Of a stretch of 64,000 nt of DNA, positions 47,198 to 56,453 are shown one piece after another; position 1 is the first letter of the stretch; the number at the start of each line of letters is the position of its first letter. Position numbers and translations under genes: made by a program. The notes below the pieces were generated by a model that was not told where the DNA came from, did no database searches, and saw nothing but the letters and a program-made list of their open reading frames with translations. Origin of the DNA: an uncultured Myxococcales bacterium. Its GTDB lineage: Bacteria > Myxococcota > Kuafuiibacteriia > Kuafuiibacteriales > Kuafuiibacteriaceae. The stretch lies in the NCBI GenBank assembly GCA_964463485.1, contig CAYXDO010000010.1, positions 34,105-98,104 of the forward strand, in the 5' to 3' direction.

Positions 47198-49051
47198 GTG
47201 GAGCGTGCGATGAGATTGTCAAAAGCGATGACGCTGAGCTTGGTGCTGTCGGCCTGCGGAGGTGAGTCTGACAAGCCGAAGCTCGAAGCGGGCGATGAGT
47301 TGGAGCAGACTGAGTTCGCCGTGGAGCGTTCGGGGTCTTTCACCGAGCTCCAGAGTCTCGAGAGCGCGCACCCCTACGCCGACGACCACGTTCAGGCATG
47401 GGAGGTTCGGGGGAGCGCCGACACGACCAAAATGCGCGTCGTGCTGGACCGATTCGAGCTCGAGGAAGGGTACGATGTGTTGGTCGTGTCGAATGGCGCG
47501 ACGCGCACGACACTCACCGGGTTGAAGACGGGCCGCGAGGTCGAGCTCGACGGGAACGTCTTGAAGCTCGAGCTTCGCACCGACGGCTCGATCACCAAGT
47601 GGGGATTCAGGCTGAAAATCCTCGAGGCAAAGCCGTGTGTGTGCCCGATGGTGTTCCAGCCAGTCTGCGGAGCGGACGGACGACAATATAGCAATGGGTG
47701 CGCGGCGTCTTGTGCAGGCGCCACGATCGACTACGCGGGCCCGTGTCGCGGCGACTGGTTCCGCGTCGATCGCGGGATCGCGTCGCTTCATCCCTATGCC
47801 AACGACACCGACTTCGAGTGGGAAGTCGGCGAGGGCGGAGCGACTCGGATGAGGCTGCACTTCACGTCGATCGACCTCGAGCGAGGCTACGACAAGCTCG
47901 AGGTCCGCGACGCACAAGGCCGGGTCGTCGTCGAGTACACGGGCAAGCAAGCCGATGTGACCACGCCGGCGATCTCCGGGAGCCTGGCCAAAATTCGGCT
48001 CGTCACGGACTCATCGGTGACGAAGTACGGCTTCGCGATGGATTTTTACGAGGTCGTGGGTGGGTGCGCCTCGGCAGCCGACTGCGGCCCGGGCCAGACC
48101 TGTTTGCAGCCGCAGTGTATTCGAGCGCCGTGCTTTTCGATGTGCGTGGCTGACCAGCCCGTCATTCAGGACGTCAGCGTCGCCGACCTCCTGACAAACG
48201 GCGCGGCATACTCGGGCAGAGTCGTGCGAGTCTCCGCGGAGCCGACCGCGCGGAGCCCGGTCTGCACTCGGATCGCTTGCTCACCCTCCAACCCATGCTG
48301 CAACCGATGCAGCTCGAGCTTCTCGATCGGGGAGGAGATCATGCTCACCACGCCCGGCGGTGAGCCGATGGGTTGCTCCGGAAACGAGTGCACGGTGACC
48401 GCGGCCTGCGAGCCGTTCGCCGCCCGCGAGAACGGGCCCTATGAGTTGACCGGACGGTTCGAGCTCGACGCGAGCGGTGGGCGCAGGTTGTACCTCGACT
48501 CGTTCCGCGCGGCGGCGTGTCACACGACCGGATGCAGCGGCCAGGTTTGTGCCAACAGCGACCGGATCACGACCTGCGAGTTCCGAGATGAGTACATGTG
48601 TTATCGCTCGGCCTCCTGCGAGCCCCAGACGGACGGGCACTGCGGCTTCACGCCCACCCCGACGCTCGATCAATGCTTGGCCGGCGGGCGAGACTTCGCG
48701 GTTCAGGCGGTGGACACGCCGATCACCATCCCCGACGCCGACCCCACGGGAATTCGAAGTATCATCTCGGTTCCCGACCGCGGACCGGCCGGTGTGGTAC
48801 GGGTGAGCGCGGAGCTCCGTCACAGCTACCGAGGCGACCTGCGCGTCGTACTCACGGCGCCAGATGGAACCGAGGTAGTCCTGCACGAGCGTCAGGGCGG
48901 ATCGAACGACGATCTGGTGATCGTGGACCGCGTCCTCGATGGGTTTACAGGTCGGCCAACCGCGGGCAATTGGACTCTCAAGGTGGCCGACCTGGATCGC
49001 GTCGACACGGGCACGCTGACTTCATTCGGACTGGTCTTCGCCGCCCGCTGA
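47198..49051 (+). CDS. Lipoprotein with two CUB-like domains, a Kazal-type inhibitor domain, a Cys-rich module and a C-terminal proprotein-convertase P-domain
   Basis: Lipobox LVLSACGG. CUB-like HPYADDHVQAWEV...KWGFRLKI and HPYANDTDFEWEV...KYGFAMDFYEV. Kazal CVCPMVFQPVCGADGRQYSNGCAASCAGATIDYAGPC. P-domain SYRGDLRVVLTAPDGTEVVL...AGNWTLKVADL. Confidence 0.75.
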   Translation: MERAMRLSKAMTLSLVLSACGGESDKPKLEAGDELEQTEFAVERSGSFTELQSLESAHPYADDHVQAWEVRGSADTTKMRVVLDRFELEEGYDVLVVSNGATRTTLTGLKTGREVELDGNVLKLELRTDGSITKWGFRLKILEAKPCVCPMVFQPVCGADGRQYSNGCAASCAGATIDYAGPCRGDWFRVDRGIASLHPYANDTDFEWEVGEGGATRMRLHFTSIDLERGYDKLEVRDAQGRVVVEYTGKQADVTTPAISGSLAKIRLVTDSSVTKYGFAMDFYEVVGGCASAADCGPGQTCLQPQCIRAPCFSMCVADQPVIQDVSVADLLTNGAAYSGRVVRVSAEPTARSPVCTRIACSPSNPCCNRCSSSFSIGEEIMLTTPGGEPMGCSGNECTVTAACEPFAARENGPYELTGRFELDASGGRRLYLDSFRAAACHTTGCSGQVCANSDRITTCEFRDEYMCYRSASCEPQTDGHCGFTPTPTLDQCLAGGRDFAVQAVDTPITIPDADPTGIRSIISVPDRGPAGVVRVSAELRHSYRGDLRVVLTAPDGTEVVLHERQGGSNDDLVIVDRVLDGFTGRPTAGNWTLKVADLDRVDTGTLTSFGLVFAAR

Positions 49052-49211
49052 CCTGGCTCGGTAGAAGATTCTCGGTAGAAGAGTCTCCGCGGGTTCGCGA
49101 TCACCGAGCCACCACGGAATCACGGAACGCCACGCCGGAAGCTCTGCGGCTAGCTCGGCGCTCGTCAGGGAACGGTGAGTGCATTCGCGGCGTTCTTGGG
49201 TTGAAGAAGCG

Positions 49212-49853
49212 TCAGGGGATGAGTGCCTCGCAGCTTCGGCCGTTCGCGTTCACGACGGTGGAGTTCGCGGCTCGGGTGGCATCGAGGCGGCACTGGTCGT
49301 TGCCGCCGCCGCCGTCGATCTGTGGGTCGGAGTCCGGGCCGTCCCAGGTAACGGTGTCGTTGCCGAGTCCGCCGAACAAACGGTCGCGACCCACGCCGCC
49401 CTGGACGATGTCGTCCCCGTTGTCGCCGAACACCGAGTCGTCGCCGAGGTTGCCCCGCACGAGGTCGGCGCCGTCGCCGCCGTGGAGGATGTCGTTTCCG
49501 CTGAATCCGAACACGACGTCATTGCCGGCCTCTCCGTCGATGAAGTCGTCCCCGTCGAAGCCGATGAGGATGTCGTCGCCGGCGTGGCCGAGGATCGTGT
49601 CGTTGCCGCCGAGGCCGAGGATGCAGTCATCGGAGAGGTCTCCCAGACCGGAGAGTACGTCGTCGCCATCGGTACCGACGATCACGCGCTCAGGAGGGAA
49701 CGGGATGCCGTCTCGCTGGCAGTAGGCAGCCACGAAGTCGGCGATGGCGGCACCTTCGAGCGCGAGCTCGGAGTCAGCGACCTGGTTGTCGAAACCGCCG
49801 CAGGCGGTGACGGTGACGAAGGCCGGGGCGAGGAACAAATTTTTGACTCTCAT
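49212..49853 (-). CDS. RTX (hemolysin-type) calcium-binding repeat lipoprotein
   Basis: Lipobox FVTVTACGG. More than 8 nonapeptide repeats of GGxGxDxhx type (LGGNDTILGHAGDDILIGFDGDDFIDGEAGNDVV...). Confidence 0.75.
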   Translation of the reverse strand: MRVKNLFLAPAFVTVTACGGFDNQVADSELALEGAAIADFVAAYCQRDGIPFPPERVIVGTDGDDVLSGLGDLSDDCILGLGGNDTILGHAGDDILIGFDGDDFIDGEAGNDVVFGFSGNDILHGGDGADLVRGNLGDDSVFGDNGDDIVQGGVGRDRLFGGLGNDTVTWDGPDSDPQIDGGGGNDQCRLDATRAANSTVVNANGRSCEALIP

Positions 49854-50148
49854 GATTTTCGTTTCCTATCTATTTCGGTTTCGAGGGTTCATCAGGGCGC
49901 CGCGGCTCTGCCGTCGAGTGACTTACCTTCGTTTGCCAAGGGGCGCCGACGAAGTCGCGGGCAGGACCGCATGCGCTAGTGCGTCGCAAGAACGGCGCCA
50001 ACCGCACAGCGTCGGGTTCGATGCGCCTTGGGTGTTGCAGTTCGATACGCTCGTCGGAGACGATGCAGAACGCGACGGGCCCACCGAAGAAATTCCTTCC
50101 GGGCCACCGGGAACGAACTCTGCTTTGCACGGGAAGGACACGAACGAA

Positions 50149-51564
50149 ATGAGGCTTACCCGAAAGCTTGTCCTCGCGCTCTCACTTGCGATTCTCGTGG
50201 TCCTCGGGATCAACGCAGCAGTTCGGATTCGTCGAGAGGTGAGTTTCTTCCAATCCGAGATGAGTCGCGACAGCCGAGTCCTGGGGCGCACCGTGGCCGG
50301 GTCGGTGGCCTTGATCTGGCAGCGCGTTGGTCAGGCCGACGCCCAGGCGCTGGTCGAGGATGCCAACGAACGCGAGACGAAGTTTCTGATTCGGTGGGTA
50401 TGGCTCGGGGACCTCGCCTCGTCAGCCGCACGGCTCGACGCGGCGCGGATCGACGCGATTCAGCGCGGCGAGATCGTGACGCAGCGGGCCGCGACGCCGG
50501 ACGGCTTCGACGCGGCCTACACGTACATTCCGATCGAGCACGCCGGAAAGGCGGCGGCGGCCATCGAGATCCGCGAGTCGCTCGAGGCGGAGGCGGAGTA
50601 TCTCCGGCGCTCGATCGTGCAGACGCTCATCACGACGACGACGCTCGTGTGTGTGTGTTCGGCGCTGGCGTTTGCGCTCGGAGCGATCTTGGTGGGGCGG
50701 CCCGTGCGGAGCCTCGTTCAGCAGGCGCGGCGGATCGGTGAGGGCGATCTGTCTGCTCGCCTGAGTCTTTCGCAGCGGGACGAGATGAGCGACTTGGCGC
50801 GAGAGATGAATTCGATGTGTGAGCGACTGGCGCAGGCGCGGGAGCGACTGGAGTCCGAGACCGCGGCGCGGGTGGCGGCCGTCGAGCAACTCAGGCACGC
50901 CGACCGGCTGACTGCGGTGGGTCGGATGGCCGCGGGGATCGCGCACGAGCTCGGCACGCCCCTCAACGTCATCGTCGGCCACGCCCAAATCGTCGAGGAG
51001 GAGCAACCCGAGACCAAGGAGGGGATGAGAGTGATCGTCGAGCAAGCGCGGCGAGTCACGACGATCATCCGGCAGCTCCTGGACTTTGCGCGTCCCAGGG
51101 CGCCGGATCGGATGATTCAGGAGCTGCACCCGATCGCGGGTCAGGTCGTGACGCTGCTGAGATCGCTCGCGAAGAAGCAGGGCGTGGAGCTCGTGCTGGA
51201 GGGTCCGGAGGGTCCGGTATCCGCGTCGGTGGATGCGGGCCAGCTTCACCAGGCGCTCACGAACCTGGTGATGAATGCGATTCAGTCGATGCCCGGGGGA
51301 GGTGTGGTAAGACTTCGAGTGAGGTCCGAGGGGGAGGACGCGGTCGTCGACGTGGAGGACGAGGGCGAAGGGATCGCGCCCGAGGTCAGGCCGCGCATTT
51401 TCGATCCTTTTTTTACGACCAAGGCCCCCGGTGACGGGACGGGGCTCGGCCTTTCGGTCGCGTATGGCATGATGAAGGAGCACGGTGGGTTCATCGAGCT
51501 CACGGGTCGGTCGGAGGGTGGGTCGAGGTTCTCGATTCACGTTCCGCGCGGGAGTTTCGCATGA
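50149..51564 (+). CDS. Sensor histidine kinase (TM-HAMP-HisKA-HATPase)
   Basis: Start MRLTRKLVLALSLAIL. H-box AHELGTPLN. G-boxes DEGEGI...GLGLSV. The ORF-track start at 49744 is rejected. Confidence 0.85.
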   Translation: MRLTRKLVLALSLAILVVLGINAAVRIRREVSFFQSEMSRDSRVLGRTVAGSVALIWQRVGQADAQALVEDANERETKFLIRWVWLGDLASSAARLDAARIDAIQRGEIVTQRAATPDGFDAAYTYIPIEHAGKAAAAIEIRESLEAEAEYLRRSIVQTLITTTTLVCVCSALAFALGAILVGRPVRSLVQQARRIGEGDLSARLSLSQRDEMSDLAREMNSMCERLAQARERLESETAARVAAVEQLRHADRLTAVGRMAAGIAHELGTPLNVIVGHAQIVEEEQPETKEGMRVIVEQARRVTTIIRQLLDFARPRAPDRMIQELHPIAGQVVTLLRSLAKKQGVELVLEGPEGPVSASVDAGQLHQALTNLVMNAIQSMPGGGVVRLRVRSEGEDAVVDVEDEGEGIAPEVRPRIFDPFFTTKAPGDGTGLGLSVAYGMMKEHGGFIELTGRSEGGSRFSIHVPRGSFA

Positions 51565-52913
51565 AGTCGAGAGTGCTCGTCGTCGATGACGACGCGGACA
51601 TGTGTCGGATGTTGGAGGCGAGCTTGTCTCGCCGAGGATTCTCCGTTTCGGCCTTTTCGGATCCGGCGCGGGCGTTCGAGGAGATTCGGAGCGCGGACTT
51701 CGATGTCGCAGTCACGGACTTGAACATGAAGGGAATGAACGGCTTCGAGCTCTGCGAGCGGATCTTGGGCGATCGACCGGACGTGCCCGTCGTCGTCATC
51801 ACCGCTTTTGGGAGTATGGACTCTGCGATCAAGGCGATTCGAGCAGGTGCGTACGACTTTCTTCCCAAGCCATTCGAGACCGACGCGCTCGTGGTGGCGC
51901 TCGAGCGGGCCATCCAGCACCGGGTGCTTCGCCAGGAGGTCAAGCGTCTGCGCGCCGTCGTCGAGCAGTCACAGCGGTTCAACGAGATCATCGGGGCGAG
52001 CCCCGCGATGCAGGCGACCTATGCGCTCCTCGACCGGATCTCGGATTCCGAGTCGCCGGTGTTGATCACGGGCGAGAGCGGGTGCGGCAAGGAGCTCGTC
52101 GCGAGGGCCCTGCACGCAAGGAGCCGCCGGCACTCCGGGCCGTTCGTGGCGGTGAGTTGCGCGGCGATGCCCGAAGCGCTCCTGGAGAGTGAGCTCTTCG
52201 GGCACGTGCGCGGAGCGTTCACGGACGCTCACGTGTCGCGCGCGGGGATCTTCCAGAAGGCGAGCGGAGGCACGTTGTTCCTGGACGAGATCGGCGAGCT
52301 TCCGCTCTCGCTCCAGCCCAAGCTCCTGCGAGCGTTGCAGGAGAAGACGATTCGCCCGGTGGGATCCGACGAGGAGGTCCCCTTCGACGCGCGGATCGTC
52401 ACGGCGACCAACCGGGACCTCGAGACCGAAGTCCACGAGAAGACTTTCCGCAGCGACCTCTTCTATCGAATCAACGTGATCTGCGTGGAGCTCCCGCCGT
52501 TGCGGAGTCGTGGGACGGACGTGCTGCTGCTGGCTCACCACTTTCTCGAGAAATACAGCCGCGCCGCGGGGAAGACCATCGCCGGGATCTCGTCCGGCGC
52601 GGCCTCGAAGCTGCTGGCCTACGTGTGGCCAGGCAACGTCCGCGAGCTGTCGAACGCGATCGAGCGCGCCGTCGCGGTGGCGCAATACTCGGAGATTTCG
52701 GTCGAAGATCTCCCGAGCAAGATTCGCGACCACGAGCGGAGCCACGTGGTGGTCGTCAGCGACGACCCTTCCGACCTCGTCCCACTGGACACCGTGGAGC
52801 AGCAGTACATTCAGCGCGTGGTCGAGTCGACGGGAGGCAACAAGACTCTGGCCGCGAAGATCCTCGGTCTCGACCGGACGACCTTGTATCGAAAGCTCGA
52901 GCGCTCGAAGTGA
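51561..52913 (+). CDS. Sigma-54-dependent response regulator (NtrC family: REC-AAA+-Fis HTH)
   Basis: REC VLVVDDD...DVAVTDLNMKGMNG. ESELFGHVRGAFTDAH (GAFTGA variant). C-terminal HTH. ATGA-coupled to the kinase. Confidence 0.9.
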   Translation: MKSRVLVVDDDADMCRMLEASLSRRGFSVSAFSDPARAFEEIRSADFDVAVTDLNMKGMNGFELCERILGDRPDVPVVVITAFGSMDSAIKAIRAGAYDFLPKPFETDALVVALERAIQHRVLRQEVKRLRAVVEQSQRFNEIIGASPAMQATYALLDRISDSESPVLITGESGCGKELVARALHARSRRHSGPFVAVSCAAMPEALLESELFGHVRGAFTDAHVSRAGIFQKASGGTLFLDEIGELPLSLQPKLLRALQEKTIRPVGSDEEVPFDARIVTATNRDLETEVHEKTFRSDLFYRINVICVELPPLRSRGTDVLLLAHHFLEKYSRAAGKTIAGISSGAASKLLAYVWPGNVRELSNAIERAVAVAQYSEISVEDLPSKIRDHERSHVVVVSDDPSDLVPLDTVEQQYIQRVVESTGGNKTLAAKILGLDRTTLYRKLERSK

Positions 52914-52970
52914 GTCTGCTCGGTGGTCCGATGGTCGAACGAGCTCGAAGGATAACCGCGGCTCTTGTAC

Positions 52971-54020
52971 TCAGAACGCGAAGCGGAGTCCTGCCGCCAC
53001 TGCGACTGTCAAGTCCTTCAACGCAAGATTGACCTGTCCGAAGCCATGGACGGGTCCCACGTTGGCCTCGACGCCTACGAGCGCGCGGGCCACGAGCCGG
53101 TCTGCGGAGGCGCTGTCGGTGACTTGAACCTTGGCTTGGCCGACGTGCAAGTCCTCCGATCCCACCTTGGCGGAGAGGTCGCTCGTCAGGTCGAAGCGCA
53201 TCTCCGAGCTTCCGAGCGGAATGTCGACGCCGCCTCCGGCAAACACCGTGACAAAATAGGCGACCGTGAGGCTCGCGGTCGCCTCGAACGGAATCGTATA
53301 AGCGGATTGATCGAGGACGAGAGTTCCGGTGGAGAGAGTCTTGAATTCGACAGACTCGGCGAGCTGGGTCGAAGTCTCGAAGCTCTCCGTGAGCTCGTAC
53401 TGAGCCCGCGAGAGCTCGAGACCAGTGGTGAGTCGAAATCCACCCCACTCGAGCGCGACCGGCTCACCGGCCGGCCCGAGCACCGTATATTGGACGTGGG
53501 CGCCGAGGTTCGTGAAGGTGCCGTCGAGCTGATGGGTCGACAGGGGATAGTAGAGCCCGTTCACGAAGAACGCGAGCCCTGGAACGCCGACGCCGGCGAG
53601 ATCGACCCCGGCCATCAGCGAAATTTGGGCGCCCCCGGCGACGGGCACGGCCCGCTCGACGATGACTTCGACCTTGTTCCCTTTCGGAATCAGGGTCAGA
53701 TCGGTGTCCCCGGCGCTCGCCGCGACGTTCACACCCACTCCGAAGATGAATCCGTCGATCACCGAGCCGTAGTGGGCCCCGAGGCCCTTGTTGGAGAACG
53801 ACTGCGCGTTCGCTGACAATCGCAGAAACTCCTTGGTGTCCACGAGTCCATACAGCGCTCGAAGCTGGTTCGTGAGCAGGGTCTCGAGCTCCGTCTCGAC
53901 CAGGCCGAGCTCGTTCGAGAGCGCCTGCTTCGCCGCTGGGTCGAAGGTGATGTCGACCGTCTGCGCCAGGGCGGGCGCGGGCAAAGCGCTGAGTAGCAAG
54001 GCCAAACCAGTCCGCGACAT
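52971..54020 (-). CDS. Secreted/outer-membrane beta-rich protein (putative beta-barrel, C-terminal F)
   Basis: Signal peptide MSRTGLALLLSALPAPALAQ. Alternating hydrophobic pattern. Ends ...AAGLRFAF. The long ORF-track extension to 55364 is antisense to the cyclase gene and is rejected. Confidence 0.55.
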   Translation of the reverse strand: MSRTGLALLLSALPAPALAQTVDITFDPAAKQALSNELGLVETELETLLTNQLRALYGLVDTKEFLRLSANAQSFSNKGLGAHYGSVIDGFIFGVGVNVAASAGDTDLTLIPKGNKVEVIVERAVPVAGGAQISLMAGVDLAGVGVPGLAFFVNGLYYPLSTHQLDGTFTNLGAHVQYTVLGPAGEPVALEWGGFRLTTGLELSRAQYELTESFETSTQLAESVEFKTLSTGTLVLDQSAYTIPFEATASLTVAYFVTVFAGGGVDIPLGSSEMRFDLTSDLSAKVGSEDLHVGQAKVQVTDSASADRLVARALVGVEANVGPVHGFGQVNLALKDLTVAVAAGLRFAF

Positions 54021-54182
54021 TCTGCGATCATGAGCAGAAACGGGGAGGACTGCAAACGAGGAGAGCGTGAGCGCGGTCCCGTCGGCGCGGTCCTGTCGGC
54101 CGGCGGCGAAACACACGGTCCGAGGGTCCGAGTGAGCGAGGAAATGGTCCCACCGGGCTCGGTTCTGAGCTAGGGTGGTCGC

Positions 54183-55508
54183 ATGAATTTGGGACTTGCC
54201 GAAGGCATCGAAACCCTTCGCGCTCGCGGCGTCAAAAGCGACCTCTGCGAGCGGCTCGCGAGCTTCATCCGCGAGGGCGCGCCCGCGGAGCTCCTCCGGA
54301 TCGCTCCGCCCCGGTTGGCGCTCGCATGGAACGTACCCGACGCCGACTTGCTCGACGCGTTCTTGCTGGGAACGCGGATCGGTCTGTTCGAGCTCGAGTG
54401 GGACGTTCGATGCCCGTCTTGCACTGGACCGACCGCGCGAGAGCAACACCTCGCCAAGGTTCCCAGCGAATCGGAGTGTCCTCGTTGCGACGTTCATTTT
54501 TCGTCCACGTTCGATGAGTCCATCGAGGTGACTTGGCGAGTCCATCCGGCGATACGAGATCTCTCGAACGTCGATCCGAACGCGGTCTTTTCCGCTTACT
54601 TCGCTTCGACGCTGGTCGAGTCGGCGGTCGTCGAGCCGCGCGGCTCGAAGATCATCAGCCTCGAGCTCCTGAAGGGCAACTATCACCTCGCGGCGGCCGA
54701 CCGAAACGCCCAGAGAGGCCTGCGGGTGACCGACGAAGGTGGGTCGGGGCAAATCGACGTCGCGATCGCCTCCGCCTCGCTCGATCGCGGGCCTCCGAGT
54801 CGAGCGGCCGGACGGTATGATCTTCGAGTCGCCAACCGATCGGATTCTCCCACTGAGTTCGTCATCGCGAGAGTGACCGATCGGCCCTGGGTTTCGGCGG
54901 CTCGCCTGGCCGCCCACCAGAGTTTCAGAGACTTGTTCTCGCGCGAGCTGATCTCTCCCGACGAGACTTTCGCGATTCGGAGCGCAGCCTTCGTGTTCAC
55001 CGATTTGAAGGGGTCGACGGAGCTCTACGAGCGGATCGGAGACGCCCGCGCGTACCCTCTCGTGCGAGACCATTTTCGAATCATGTCCGAGTGCGTTCGC
55101 CGAGCCAACGGAGCCATCGTCAAGACCATCGGTGACGCGATCCTGGCGACCTTCTTGAGCGCCGAGGACGCGGTCCGGTTCGCGCTCGAAATGTCGGCGG
55201 CCTTCGAGGAGTTCAACACACGCGACCGATCGAGGGAAGAGATCGTGGTGAAGGTCGGCATTCATGCCGGGCCGTGTATCGTGGTGACTCAGAACGAGAC
55301 CATCGACTACTTCGGTCGCACTCTCAATACCGCTGCGAGAATTCAGGGGCTGTCGCGCGGGCACGACATCGTACTCTCCGACGCGGTGGCCAGGGGGCGC
55401 GGAGTGAGTGCGATGCTGAGCGACTTGCCGGGATGGTCTCGGGAGGACGATCGAGTAGAGCTGAAAGGGATCGCGTCTGCCATCGACGTGGTGCGACTGA
55501 CCAGGTGA
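54183..55508 (+). CDS. Class III adenylate/guanylate cyclase with N-terminal Cys-cluster sensor domain
   Basis: CHD AFVFTDLKGSTELYERIGD...IVKTIGDAILATF...GIHAGPCIV...GRTLNTAARIQG. N-terminal about 260 aa includes CPSCTGP...CPRCDVHF. Confidence 0.8.
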   Translation: MNLGLAEGIETLRARGVKSDLCERLASFIREGAPAELLRIAPPRLALAWNVPDADLLDAFLLGTRIGLFELEWDVRCPSCTGPTAREQHLAKVPSESECPRCDVHFSSTFDESIEVTWRVHPAIRDLSNVDPNAVFSAYFASTLVESAVVEPRGSKIISLELLKGNYHLAAADRNAQRGLRVTDEGGSGQIDVAIASASLDRGPPSRAAGRYDLRVANRSDSPTEFVIARVTDRPWVSAARLAAHQSFRDLFSRELISPDETFAIRSAAFVFTDLKGSTELYERIGDARAYPLVRDHFRIMSECVRRANGAIVKTIGDAILATFLSAEDAVRFALEMSAAFEEFNTRDRSREEIVVKVGIHAGPCIVVTQNETIDYFGRTLNTAARIQGLSRGHDIVLSDAVARGRGVSAMLSDLPGWSREDDRVELKGIASAIDVVRLTR

Positions 55509-55535
55509 GGCGCTTTGGGCCTCGAGCTTCGGTCT

Positions 55536-56297
55536 TCAATCGAAAAGAAGACCTCCGATGAAATTACCCAGGTTCGACAGGGCCTGATTTACGGCTCCGT
55601 TTTTGCCGCTGGCGTTGTCTGCGTTCCAGCGGGCGGTCTCGTCGGCTGAGCCCAACGCTCCTTTCGCGATGTTTTCGCCGGCCCAGGCGCCGATGGCGGC
55701 GGGGACGCCATTGTCGCCGCTTCTGTTCTGCTCGTGGACTTTTTGGGCGCCCGCGGTATTGCCGGTCGCGAGGGCCTCGGTCGCCGCAACCACAGAGGAG
55801 GCGGTGGCTTTTGTGGTCGCGCTGACTTGGCCTCCGGTCAACACATCCACCACGGCCACTCCTGGGTTCGCGACGAGCGCGGCCGTCGTATAGCCGGACG
55901 AAGCAACTCCGTTGGCGATCTTGCCACCGAGGGTGGTGCAGTGACTATTGACGCCTTGCTCTACACCCGTAATCAGCGCGCCCGCCACGCCTAGGCCGCG
56001 ACCGAGCTTGTTGGAGGACCGAGCAACGCCCTCATAGACATCAGCCTCGAGCCTCATCAATCTCAACGCTTTGTTGCCCATGGCGGCCCGCTCGGCGGGG
56101 GACAGGTTCTTCACCGCTTCGACCTGGGCGCGCGCCGCCCCTGCGAGCCCGGAGAGACCGGAGCTCGCGAGCGTCGCTCCTATGCCGGCTCGTTCGACGT
56201 TTTTGTCCAACTTCTTGACAGTATCGCCGAAGCTCGAGTGGGGATGGGTTTCGGTCTTGGACGTAGGGAATCGTGGTCCGATCTTGGGATTGCTCAT
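55536..56297 (-). CDS. Gly/Ala-rich hypothetical protein (putative sigma-54-dependent target gene)
   Basis: Start MSNPKIGP is preceded by GGAG. 253 aa, very Gly/Ala/Thr/Asn-rich. C-terminal NLGNFIGGLLFD. No signal peptide evident. Confidence 0.55.
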   Translation of the reverse strand: MSNPKIGPRFPTSKTETHPHSSFGDTVKKLDKNVERAGIGATLASSGLSGLAGAARAQVEAVKNLSPAERAAMGNKALRLMRLEADVYEGVARSSNKLGRGLGVAGALITGVEQGVNSHCTTLGGKIANGVASSGYTTAALVANPGVAVVDVLTGGQVSATTKATASSVVAATEALATGNTAGAQKVHEQNRSGDNGVPAAIGAWAGENIAKGALGSADETARWNADNASGKNGAVNQALSNLGNFIGGLLFD

Positions 56298-56334
56298 ATT
56301 TTCTCCTTCGTTTCGGCTTCGCCGAGCGTGCTCG

Positions 56335-56358
56335 AAGCAAGAGCACGATGAATGCCAA
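56335..56358 (-). promoter_or_regulatory. Candidate sigma-54 -24/-12 promoter TTGGCATTCATCGTGCTC
   Basis: The reverse strand reads GGTTGGCATTCATCGTGCTCTTGC. TGGCAT-N5-gTGCt has correct GG...GC spacing. It sits about 40-60 nt upstream of the start at 56297. Confidence 0.4.
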
Positions 56359-56453
56359 CCGTGGCGGCGCAGGTCGGAGGTTGGGAGCCGTTCGGGTGAG
56401 GCTCCGCGTGTCTCACTTCTCGGACATCCGGTGTCCCAGCTGGATTCCGATCC

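Noticed and set aside
49870-50291. Small ORFs between the RTX gene and the histidine kinase
   Set aside because: They overlap the kinase promoter and leader. The low-complexity translations have no support.
54021-55364. N-terminal 450 aa of the ORF-track entry 52971..55364
   Set aside because: Antisense to the adenylate cyclase gene. The real gene starts at the internal Met with a signal peptide (54020).
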